NCBI GenBank assembly: GCA_965223855.1
Contig: CBDCXM010000009.1
Coordinates: 1,504,001-1,568,000, forward strand
Direction: 5' to 3'
Origin: Candidatus Multivoradales bacterium
GTDB lineage: Bacteria > Acidobacteriota > Thermoanaerobaculia > Multivoradales > JAHEKO01
DNA length: 64,000 bases
Every line of letters begins with the position of its first letter. Positions within the stretch are counted from its first letter, which is position 1. The notes under the pieces were generated by a model. The model was not told where the DNA came from. It saw only the letters and a program-made list of their open reading frames with translations, and made no database searches. Shown here piece after piece: positions 32,347-40,321 of the stretch. A program made the position numbers and the translations under genes.

Positions 32347-34652
32347 CGCGAACCCTCACGGGCGGCGAGGATCCGCTCCGGCGTCGCCGGGATCTCGTCG
32401 AGATGGACTCCGAGGGCGTTGTCGATCGCCGCCAGCGCCGCCGGGGCGCCGCCGTCCATCGGCAGCTCGCCGACCCCCTTGGCGCCGAACGGGCCGCCCT
32501 CCCAGGGGCGCTCGAGAAGCTCGACCTCGAGCTTCGGCGCGTCCTTGAAAGTGGGGATGATGTAGGTCGCGAGGCGGTCGTTGAGGTAGCGCCCGTCCTC
32601 GACCTTGATCTCCTCCATCAGCCCCCAGGCGACCGCCTGGAGCACCCCGCCCTCGATCTGGCCGGTGCACAGCGTCGGATGGATCGCCTTGCCGACCTCA
32701 CACACCGCCGTCACCTTGTCGGCCCGGACCTCCAGCGTGTCGGGATCGACCTCGATCTCGACGACGTTGGCGCCCCAGGCGTAGGTCGGGTAGGCGCTGC
32801 CGCGGTAGTCCGTCTCGTCGAAGTCCTGATCGGCGGGTGGTTCGTGCCGATGAGTGACCTCGAGGGGGCCGTGCTCGGCGAAGACCTGGCGGGCGATCTC
32901 CTTGAAGGCAACTTCGTCACCGCCAGGCAGCTGAACCTTGCCTTCGGAGACCACCCGGTTCCCGTTCCCCACGTGTCCGTCGGACCCCGACCAGCGCGAG
33001 AGCACGAGATCCCGCAGCTTCCGGCTAGCCTCGACGAGCGCGCCGCCGACCACCATCGTGGTGCGCGAGGCGACCGTCGGCCCGGAGTCCGGGACCTCCG
33101 CCGTATCCGGCAGGGCGAAGTCGAGATCTTCGTTCGTGAGCCCTGTGGCCTCCTGTGCCATCTGCGGGAAGATCGCCGCGCACCCCTGGCCCATGTCGGT
33201 CATCGCCGTCTGCAGCTGGAGGCGGCCGTCTTCGAGCAGCCGGGCGCGGACCGGCGAGCGCATCCTCCGCTCGCCGTTGCCGGTGAAGCCGGCGCCGTGG
33301 AAGTAGAGCGCGAGGCCAAGGCCGGGTCGAGGGGCGCCTTCTGGCAGCTCGGCCCGCACGGTCTCGATCTCGCGCCAGCGGCGGCGGTAGTCGGAGCGCT
33401 CGACGGCTCGTTCGAGACAGGCCCGCGCCGAGGTCGTCTCGTCGAGCACCTGACCGGTCGGCAGGGTGTCGCCAGCTTCGAGGGCGTTGCGCAGCCGGAG
33501 CTCCAACGGGTCGAGGCCGAGGGTGCGGGCGATGCGGTCCATGTGCCGCTCCACCGCGAACATCGTCTGCGGCGCGCCGAAGCCGCGGAAGGCGCCGTTG
33601 GTGGCGGTGTGGGTGCGCAGCGCCCGGCCGGCGATCCGGACCTTCCGGCAACGGTAGGCGCCGGCGGCGTGGAGCAGGGCGCGCGACAGGACGACCGACG
33701 ACAGCGTCGGGTAGGCGCCGCCGTCCATCGTCACATCGATGTCCATCGCCACGAGCGTCCCGTCGTCAGCAACCGCCGTGCGATGCCGCACCACCGCCGG
33801 ATGGCGCTTGGTGGTGCCGACGATGTCCTCGTGCCGGTCGTAGGCCATCCGCACCGGCCGCCCGGTGGCCTGGGCGAGGATCGCGGCGTGGAGCGCGATC
33901 ATGCTCGGATAGTCCTCCTTGCCGCCGAAGCCGCCGCCGACCGCCGACGCCCGCACTCGCACGCGGTCTTCCGGAAGCCCGAAGGCGTGGGTCAGCGACT
34001 TGTGGACGTAGTAGGGGCACTGCATGGTGCCGACGACGTTCAGCGTCTCCCCCTCGAACCACGCCGTCACCGCCTGGCACTCGATGTAGATGTGCTCCTG
34101 GAGGCCGGTGCGGTAGGTGCCCTCGACGACCCGCTCTGCCGCGGCCAACGCCTGCTCGACCGTCTCGTCCCCGAACTCGAGGGCGCACAGAGGAGGGTGG
34201 TCGGCCGCCTCAGTGACGTCGAGGACCGGTTCGAGCGGCGTGTAGTCGACCTCTACCCGACGCCGGGCCCGCAGCGCCTCCAGCGGCGTGGCGCCGCTGA
34301 CGAGAGCCACCGGTTCACCGACGTGGCAGGTCTCCTTCTCGGCGAGGATCGGCCAGTCGTCGGTGATCAGTTTCACGCCGTTCGAGCACGGCAGATCGGC
34401 GGCGGTGACGAAGGCGCTGCCGTCTCCTGCACCCGAGCGGTCGATGCGCACCCCGTCGATCCGCGCGTGCGCGTGCGGGCTGCGCACGGTCGCCCCGAAG
34501 AGCATCCCGGGCATCGTGAAGTCGTCCGCGTAGCGGACCGCGCCACTCACCTTGCCCATCCCGTCGGGCCGTGGCGGGCTCTGCCCGATACGACCGGGCG
34601 CCGCACCGCTGGGTCGCTGGCCACTCATTGAGTGCGAAGCAGTGTGCAGCAT
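32343..34652 (-). CDS. Xanthine dehydrogenase-family molybdopterin-binding subunit
   Basis: GGGFGGKE, AFRGFGAPQ, DMGQG, GPTVASR, GAKGVGE. Start may be ~34628. Confidence 0.95.
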   Translation of the reverse strand: MLHTASHSMSGQRPSGAAPGRIGQSPPRPDGMGKVSGAVRYADDFTMPGMLFGATVRSPHAHARIDGVRIDRSGAGDGSAFVTAADLPCSNGVKLITDDWPILAEKETCHVGEPVALVSGATPLEALRARRRVEVDYTPLEPVLDVTEAADHPPLCALEFGDETVEQALAAAERVVEGTYRTGLQEHIYIECQAVTAWFEGETLNVVGTMQCPYYVHKSLTHAFGLPEDRVRVRASAVGGGFGGKEDYPSMIALHAAILAQATGRPVRMAYDRHEDIVGTTKRHPAVVRHRTAVADDGTLVAMDIDVTMDGGAYPTLSSVVLSRALLHAAGAYRCRKVRIAGRALRTHTATNGAFRGFGAPQTMFAVERHMDRIARTLGLDPLELRLRNALEAGDTLPTGQVLDETTSARACLERAVERSDYRRRWREIETVRAELPEGAPRPGLGLALYFHGAGFTGNGERRMRSPVRARLLEDGRLQLQTAMTDMGQGCAAIFPQMAQEATGLTNEDLDFALPDTAEVPDSGPTVASRTTMVVGGALVEASRKLRDLVLSRWSGSDGHVGNGNRVVSEGKVQLPGGDEVAFKEIARQVFAEHGPLEVTHRHEPPADQDFDETDYRGSAYPTYAWGANVVEIEVDPDTLEVRADKVTAVCEVGKAIHPTLCTGQIEGGVLQAVAWGLMEEIKVEDGRYLNDRLATYIIPTFKDAPKLEVELLERPWEGGPFGAKGVGELPMDGGAPAALAAIDNALGVHLDEIPATPERILAAREGSR

Positions 34653-34784
34653 GGGCTGGCGCGGCGCAAGCTCGACCGCGAGCGCAGCGCCCGGATACGC
34701 AGTAGATTCAGTGACATACGGTCTTCCTGAGTAGTCCGTTGAACGGTGCAGCGGCGTGAGAAGTTCGGGCTAGACTGGCGACCG

Positions 34785-35594
34785 ATGGACTTCGACTTCC
34801 GGGAATGGCTCCATCTCCTGACGCGCTGGTTCCACGTCGTCGTCGGGATCATGTGGATCGGCCAGACGTACCTCTTCGGTTGGATGGACAGCAACCTCGA
34901 AGAGGCCGAGGAAGACGACGAGATCGAAGGCCGCCTGTGGATGATCCACAGCGGCGGCTTCTACCGTGTCGAGAAGCAGAAGCTGGCGCCCCGTAAGCTG
35001 CCCGCGGTGCTGCATTGGTTCAAGTGGGAGGCGGGGCTCACGTGGCTCAGCGGCTTCCTGCTGCTGTGGGTCGTCTACTACACCGGCGGCGCGCTTCTCG
35101 AGTACGGCTCGGAGATGAGTGTCGCCGCAGGCACCGCGATCGGCATCGGCGTCCTCGTCTTCGGCTGGCTCGCCTACGATCTGCTGTGGATGTCACCGCT
35201 GGGTCGCAAGGGTGTCGGCGTGCCGATCTGCTTCGCCGCCGTCGTCGCCCTCGCCTGGGCCCTCACCCAGGTGCTGAGCGGAAGAGCCGCCTTCATCCAC
35301 ATCGGCGCCCTCTTCGGCACCATCATGGCGGCCAACGTCTTCATGCGCATCCTGCCCGGCCAGCGCCAGCTCGTCGCCGCCGCCGAGGCCGGCACCCCTC
35401 CGGATGCGACGCTGGCCGAGCGTGCCAAGCAGCGCTCCACCCACAACACCTACATGTCGGTGCCGCTGATCTTCATCATGATCAGCAGCCATTTCCCGAC
35501 CAGCTCCTACGGGAGCAAGTACAACTGGGTGATGCTGGGGGTGTTCGTGCTGCTGGGGTGGGCGGGGCGGAAGGTGATGACGCTTCTGCGGTAG
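34785..35594 (+). CDS. puuD: Urate hydroxylase PuuD-like membrane protein (no cytochrome c domain)
   Basis: RWFHVVVGIMWIG, WMIHSGGFY, HWFKWEA, GTIMAANV, RSTHNTY, FIMISSHFP; no CxxCH. Confidence 0.85.
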   Translation: MDFDFREWLHLLTRWFHVVVGIMWIGQTYLFGWMDSNLEEAEEDDEIEGRLWMIHSGGFYRVEKQKLAPRKLPAVLHWFKWEAGLTWLSGFLLLWVVYYTGGALLEYGSEMSVAAGTAIGIGVLVFGWLAYDLLWMSPLGRKGVGVPICFAAVVALAWALTQVLSGRAAFIHIGALFGTIMAANVFMRILPGQRQLVAAAEAGTPPDATLAERAKQRSTHNTYMSVPLIFIMISSHFPTSSYGSKYNWVMLGVFVLLGWAGRKVMTLLR

Positions 35595-35688
35595 AGGCCT
35601 CGCTGGAGGACTCCCCCCTCAAACTCTCCAACTCTCCGCCTCAAACTCTGTCGTCGACGAGGGTCGTCGACAGTGTCCATTGCGAGAC

Positions 35689-36558
35689 TCAGGAGGATGC
35701 GGGCCGGTGAAGAGCGCGTGTCCAGGACGGACCCAACAACGGATGTTCGGGCGGGAGCTGCTGCAACAGTCGAACGTACTCCGTCTTCGCATGGTCGCCG
35801 AGGTGTGTGCGCGAGGAGCTGGGACGCCAGGTGTTTCGCCAGTCGCCGAGCTGTCGCCTCCAGAATCCGGGGTTCTCGACGAGAGTCTCTCTGGTGTCGA
35901 ACCATATCCGCCGCCCGGCGTGGTGCCACATGGGGGCCTTCAGCAGCCTGGGGATGAAGTCGGCCTTGTTCTGGAAGAGGAGAGTGCGATTGCCGTGGAT
36001 CTCGTTGTAGGCGGCCGAGAACTTCCCGTTTCCGACTGCCGGAGCGCCGAAGGTACAGACGCTGGCGATCCGAGAAGCCGGCTGCATCGAAGCCCACAGC
36101 ACCGCCAGAGCTCCTCCCAGGCTATGCCCCGTTGCGTACACGGGAGTGTCGCGGTCTCCGAGGGCTGTTTCGATGTCTTCCACCAGAGGCTCCAGAGCTC
36201 CAAGGAAGCCGACGTGGATTCGTCGTCCGTCCTCCGTCCGCCGGGTAGCGATCCTGGCGTCCGTGAGGATGTCCTCCAGAACCCCGGGTTCCGTCCCGCG
36301 GAAGGCAAGAAAGCTGTGCGCTTCACTTCGGATCACGAGAGCTTGAGTGCCCTGCTTGTCCAGGAAGGTGAAGGCGCCCTCAGGAGCCCCCATGCGCGCC
36401 TTCTCTTCGTCCTCGTAGGCGAGGGTCGAGAGTTGCGCGAGCAGTACCGCCTGAGAGGGCAAGGGACTCTTCACGGTCAGGATGTTACCCCTTGCGTTCG
36501 TCGCTGGTATTTGTTCGTTGTGAGCGACAGGTGAGTGCGCTGTCTCAGCCGAGGTCAT
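35689..36558 (-). CDS. Lipase class 3 family protein
   Basis: AFRGTE, IHVGF, TGHSLGGALA, TFGAP, DFIPRL. Start uncertain. Confidence 0.88.
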   Translation of the reverse strand: MTSAETAHSPVAHNEQIPATNARGNILTVKSPLPSQAVLLAQLSTLAYEDEEKARMGAPEGAFTFLDKQGTQALVIRSEAHSFLAFRGTEPGVLEDILTDARIATRRTEDGRRIHVGFLGALEPLVEDIETALGDRDTPVYATGHSLGGALAVLWASMQPASRIASVCTFGAPAVGNGKFSAAYNEIHGNRTLLFQNKADFIPRLLKAPMWHHAGRRIWFDTRETLVENPGFWRRQLGDWRNTWRPSSSRTHLGDHAKTEYVRLLQQLPPEHPLLGPSWTRALHRPASS

Positions 36559-36643
36559 CGTCAGGACCTGTCTTCGGGTGCTGACCATCTTCGGGTGCCG
36601 GCCCCTTCTCCGGATCTCCTTCGAGTGTGGGAACACCGGAAAC

Positions 36644-36672
36644 TTGACACGGGGGTCTCCTATCCGCATACT
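36644..36672 (+). promoter_or_regulatory. sigma70-type promoter
   Basis: TTGACA (36644-36649), 17-nt spacer, CATACT (36667-36672). Confidence 0.75.
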
Positions 36673-36701
36673 GCGCGGCCCTCGTGACGAGGAGTCAAGA
36701 A

Positions 36702-36827
36702 ATGCGCGTGTCCATCAGGCAACGAAACACTTACACCCCGGCCTCGACGGCCGGGCATGGCCTTTTGGCGTTCGATTCAGCGAATCGGTACACGCCGATC
36801 GCGCCCTTGAAGAGGGAAACCAGCTAG
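36702..36827 (+). CDS. Putative 41-aa leader peptide (MRVSIRQRNTYTPASTAGHGLLAFDSANRYTPIAPLKRETS)
   Basis: RBS GAGGAG at 36689-36694, ATG 36702, TAG 36825-36827; lies between the promoter and the terminator. Confidence 0.55.
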   Translation: MRVSIRQRNTYTPASTAGHGLLAFDSANRYTPIAPLKRETS

Positions 36828-36859
36828 AACCGACACTCGCAGATCCAAAGACTGAGTCG

Positions 36860-36891
36860 AGCCTTCTGGGACCTCCCAGAAGGCTTTTTTT
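36860..36891 (+). terminator. Intrinsic terminator / candidate attenuator
   Basis: AGCCTTCTGGGA-CC-TCCCAGAAGGCT followed by a T run. Confidence 0.85.
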
Positions 36892-36925
36892 GTGCTGAGG
36901 ATCGAAGTGAATGAGAGAAGTGAAA

Positions 36926-37025
36926 CCGACAAACTGATACCACCGGGCCGGCGGTGTGCGAACCTCACGTGATCGTGATCGGTGCCGCACATTCCGTGCA
37001 ACGGGTTCTGACGAAGGTGGGTCGG
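36926..37025 (+). ncRNA. Putative structured RNA element
   Basis: Nested pairings CCGAC/GTCGG, CCACC/GGTGG, TGTGCG/CGCACA, TCACG/CGTGA and a short GCAA-capped hairpin. Confidence 0.4.
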
Positions 37026-37029
37026 GCCT

Positions 37030-37094
37030 GGAGGCGTGGCATAGGTAGCCAGACCCCTCGAGGGTCGTGCGGGTTCGAGTCCCGCCGTCTCCCA
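37030..37094 (+). ncRNA. Shortened tRNA-like RNA 1
   Basis: Acceptor GGAGGCG/CGTCTCC; D-like TGGC..GCCA; stem GACCC/GGGTC with a 5-nt loop; T arm GCGGG-TTCGAGT-CCCGC. Confidence 0.75.
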
Positions 37095-37096
37095 AG

Positions 37097-37170
37097 AACT
37101 GGCTAGCTCAGACTGGTAGAGCACCGAGCCGTAACTCGGGTGTCGGGGGTTCGAATCCCCCGCCAGGACC
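37097..37170 (+). ncRNA. tRNA-like RNA 2 (non-canonical)
   Basis: TAGCTCAGACTGGTAGAGCA D arm; CCGAG/CTCGG stem with 6-nt loop CCGTAA; GGGGG-TTCGAAT-CCCCC T arm; only 5 bp of acceptor (CTGGC/GCCAG); no CCA. Confidence 0.8.
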
Positions 37171-37200
37171 TCTGTCAAGGGTCTCTTCAGTGCCGACCGA

Positions 37201-37600
37201 GCCGGGAGCCTGCTGCGGAACCGCTGCCGAAGCCGGACGCGTCGAGCGCTTGCCCCTTCCACTGGGGCGTTTGCCCGGCGAGCCGGCGGAGGAGCGCGCA
37301 ACGGCGCCTTGCAGTGCCGCGAGCAGCCCGAGGCGACGCCTCTGTTCCGCCCTACGTTCGACCGGCCGCCCATCGGGCGGCCACCGGGCGGTGGGCCGAA
37401 AGGGGTCTCCCTCGGGCTCGGGCGGCACTCCGCTACCGGGCGCGTGGCGGTAGCCGCGGGTGGGCTCCCGGCGAGGTCATTTCTCGCCGCGTTCGCCCAG
37501 CAGTCCGAGCCGGTGTTCATGTTGAACGTTTGACGTCGCCGCAGAGGCGGTGGCGTTCGCCCGGCGAGCGAGGGAGCTGACGTCGCCCTCGGTCTCGGGC
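37201..37600 (+). ncRNA. Putative large multi-helix RNA upstream of slipin
   Basis: Nested long-range pairs 37201-37210/37463-37472, 37313-37320/37422-37429, 37325-37333/37410-37418, plus local hairpins; no convincing ORF. Confidence 0.55.
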
Positions 37601-37655
37601 CCGTAGTGAAGCAGCAGTAGCAAGTGTCAGTGCAGTAAGAGAGGAGGTAACAACC

Positions 37656-38756
37656 ATGTTCCGTTGGATCAAGATTCGTGAGTACGAGCGCGGTCTCCTG
37701 TACCGAGACCGGGTGTTCCGGGAGTGCCTGAAGCCGGGGCGCCACTGGATCTTCGATCCGTTCCTGAAGGCGCGGGTCGAGCGGGTTTCGGTGCGCGACG
37801 TCTTCCTCGAGTCGAGCGACCTGGACGTGATCGTCCGCAGTGGGTCGCTCGGCGAAGAGGCGGTCGTGCTCGATCTCGAGGACCACGAGCGCGCGCTGGT
37901 CTGGGTGAACGGTCGTTTCTCGACTGTCCTGCGCCGTGGCCTGTGGGCGGTCTGGACCGTCTTCCACGAGGTCCGTACCGAGGTGATCGACGCCCGCAAG
38001 GTGCGTTTCGACCACCCGGCGCTCGCCGCCGTGCTGGCCGAGGAGAGCTCGCTGCGTCATCTGGACCCGGTGCAGGTCGAGTCGGGCTCGGTGGGCCTGG
38101 TGATGGTGAACGGCCGTCACGAGGCGACGCTCGAGCCGGGCCGCTATGCCCTGTGGAAGGACGTCGCGCGAGTGGGTGTCACGCACGTGAGTCTGCGAGA
38201 GCAGGCGATCGACGTCGCCGGTCAGGAGATCATGACCGCCGACAAGGTCACCCTGCGGCTCAACGCCGTCGTCGTCTTCCGGGTCGTCGATCCGGTGCAG
38301 GCGGTGACGTCGGTCGAGTCGTACGAGCAGGCTCTCTACCGTGAGGCTCAGCTGGCGCTGCGTCGAGTGATCGGCGCTCGCGAGCTCGACGAGCTCCTGT
38401 CCGAGAAGGACGAGGTGGCCGGCGAGCTCGAGGAGCTGGTCCGGCGCCGTGCCGGTGAGCTGGGCCTCCAGGTCGGCTCGCTCGGCATTCGCGACGTCAT
38501 CCTGCCGGGTGACATGAAGGCGATCCTCAACCGGGTGACCGAGGCTCAGAAGGCTGCCGAGGCCGACCTCATCACCCGTCGCGAGGAGACCGCCTCCATG
38601 CGTTCGCAGGCCAACACCGCCCGAATCTTCGACTCGAACCCCGCGCTGATGCGTCTGCGTGAACTCGAGGTTCTCGAGAAGGTGGCGGACAAGGCCGATC
38701 TCACGGTGGTGCTGGGCGAGGGTGGCCTCGCCGAGAGAGTCACCAAGCTGCTGTGA
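37656..38756 (+). CDS. Slipin family (SPFH/band-7) protein
   Basis: RBS GAGGAGG; repeated ERGLL..PG.HW units; QEIMTADKVTLRLN, LYREAQLALR, RDVILPGDMK, RREETASMRSQANTA, NPALMRLRELE. Confidence 0.92.
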   Translation: MFRWIKIREYERGLLYRDRVFRECLKPGRHWIFDPFLKARVERVSVRDVFLESSDLDVIVRSGSLGEEAVVLDLEDHERALVWVNGRFSTVLRRGLWAVWTVFHEVRTEVIDARKVRFDHPALAAVLAEESSLRHLDPVQVESGSVGLVMVNGRHEATLEPGRYALWKDVARVGVTHVSLREQAIDVAGQEIMTADKVTLRLNAVVVFRVVDPVQAVTSVESYEQALYREAQLALRRVIGARELDELLSEKDEVAGELEELVRRRAGELGLQVGSLGIRDVILPGDMKAILNRVTEAQKAAEADLITRREETASMRSQANTARIFDSNPALMRLRELEVLEKVADKADLTVVLGEGGLAERVTKLL

Positions 38757-38763
38757 GGTTTCA

Positions 38764-38794
38764 CGGGCCGTCCCTTCGGGGGCGGCCCGATTTT
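38764..38794 (+). terminator. Intrinsic terminator after slipin
   Basis: CGGGCCGTCCC-TTCG-GGGGCGGCCCG then ATTTT. Confidence 0.75.
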
Positions 38795-38969
38795 CTGATG
38801 CCGCGCATCGGTGGTCGAGCGTCGATGCGATCCCTCGACGGGCCGCCTCTCCTGACCCCCGAATTCCCCGATTCGCCGACTTGGTTGCCTGGGAGTCTAG
38901 AAAGCGTGGAATCTACTGTGACGGGTAGGGGTGGGCATCAAGCGCGGCTGGGCGGGTAGTATCAGTTTC

Positions 38970-40310
38970 ATGTATCGCCGGATCCTCCTGCGACGCCCTC
39001 TTGCCGTGGTCTCGGTGCTGGGGATGTATCTGGCCCCGCCTGCCGTCGCGGGAGCTGGTACCGTGGCAAGGCCGGTGGGCCCGGAGTTCCAGGTGAATTC
39101 GTACACGACTGGAAGCCAGAGAGACGTAGATATCGGCTCAGATGGAGCTGGAGGGCTGGTGGTAGTTTGGGCAAGTGACGGCTCAGCCGGATCAGATAGC
39201 GACTGGCTGAGTATCCAGGCGCGGCGCTACGACGCTGACGGCTTTCCCGTCGGCGACCAGTTCCAGGTGAACACCTACACCACGTCCGCTCAGACCGCAC
39301 CCTCTGTGAGCGCCAACGGTGGGGGTGGTTTCGTAGTCGTTTGGGATGACCTGGCCGGAGTCAAAGCTCGGGTCTACGACTCGAGCGGATCTCCTCTGGG
39401 AGACGAGTTCGTGGTGAATACCTATGCCGGGGGAAGCCTTCTCACCAGGGCGACTGTGGGCCCGTACATGGGAGGGTTCGTCGTGGCGTGGGAGGGGATC
39501 GGATCACCAGGGACCGATACCGACTTCTTCAGTATTCAGGCCAGAAACTTCCTCCCCGACGGCTCCCCGATCGGAGATCAGTTTCAGGTCAACACCTACA
39601 CGACCGGTGGCCAGGCCTTCGCGAACGTCTTTCTTGACGATGGTGGCTATTGGTTGACCTGGTCGAGCGAAGGGTCGTTCGGGTCGGACTCGAGCGGCCA
39701 TAGCGTCCAGGGGCAGCGCTTTGGTTCGAACGGGAGTCCGATCGGGAACCAGTTCCAGGTGAACGCGTATACCGTGGGCGATCAGAGGAACTCGTCGCTA
39801 TCACGGCTGGGTGAGAACGTCGTGGTCGTGTGGCGAGGACTGGGCGGTGCTGGGGACGACACCGAGGACTGGAGCGCCCAGGGGCGGGTGCTGGACTCTG
39901 AGGGAGTTCCCGTAGGTCAGGAGTTCCAAGTCAACAGTTACACGACATCTTGGCAGGGCTACCCGGTCGCTGCTGAGGCAAGAGGCGGCGTAGCCGTGGT
40001 CTGGACCAGCGTCGGCTCCTGGGGCAGCGACTCAGATCTCTGGAGCATTCAGGGGCAGCTCTACCGTCAAGACGGAGTGCCGAGCGGAAATCAGTTTCAG
40101 GTCAACACCTCCACCCTGGGGACTCAAACACATCCGGCTCTGGCAACCTTGGCCGACGATGGTTTCTTGGTCGTCTGGGCAAGCGAGAGTTCGGGCGCGG
40201 ACGACACCGACTCGTGGAGTATCCAGGGTCAGCGCTTCGAAGGGGTCGGAATCTTCGCCGATGGCTTTGAGACGGGCGACTCCTCATCGTGGTCGACCTC
40301 AGTGCCCTGA
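38970..40310 (+). CDS. Secreted repeat protein (FQVNxYT repeats) with C-terminal IFADGFETGD tail
   Basis: Seven (E/Q)F(Q/V)VN(S/T/A) repeats, each followed by VVVW-like and IQ(A/G)(R/Q)-like strands; probable beta-propeller. Confidence 0.8.
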   Translation: MYRRILLRRPLAVVSVLGMYLAPPAVAGAGTVARPVGPEFQVNSYTTGSQRDVDIGSDGAGGLVVVWASDGSAGSDSDWLSIQARRYDADGFPVGDQFQVNTYTTSAQTAPSVSANGGGGFVVVWDDLAGVKARVYDSSGSPLGDEFVVNTYAGGSLLTRATVGPYMGGFVVAWEGIGSPGTDTDFFSIQARNFLPDGSPIGDQFQVNTYTTGGQAFANVFLDDGGYWLTWSSEGSFGSDSSGHSVQGQRFGSNGSPIGNQFQVNAYTVGDQRNSSLSRLGENVVVVWRGLGGAGDDTEDWSAQGRVLDSEGVPVGQEFQVNSYTTSWQGYPVAAEARGGVAVVWTSVGSWGSDSDLWSIQGQLYRQDGVPSGNQFQVNTSTLGTQTHPALATLADDGFLVVWASESSGADDTDSWSIQGQRFEGVGIFADGFETGDSSSWSTSVP

Positions 40311-40321
40311 GAACGCCGGCC

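Noticed and set aside
36750-36785. sigma54 promoter such as those at RtcR-controlled loci
   Set aside because: GG/GC spacing is off by one and the TTGC element is absent; the sigma70 match at 36644 is much better.
36920-37030. Hammerhead ribozyme (CTGACGA and GAAA present)
   Set aside because: The required three stems and cleavage triplet cannot be arranged around these motifs.
37030-37170. Calling these functional tRNAs (e.g. tRNA-Tyr GTA)
   Set aside because: The loops are 5 and 6 nt, and the second RNA has an incomplete acceptor stem; reported as tRNA-like instead.
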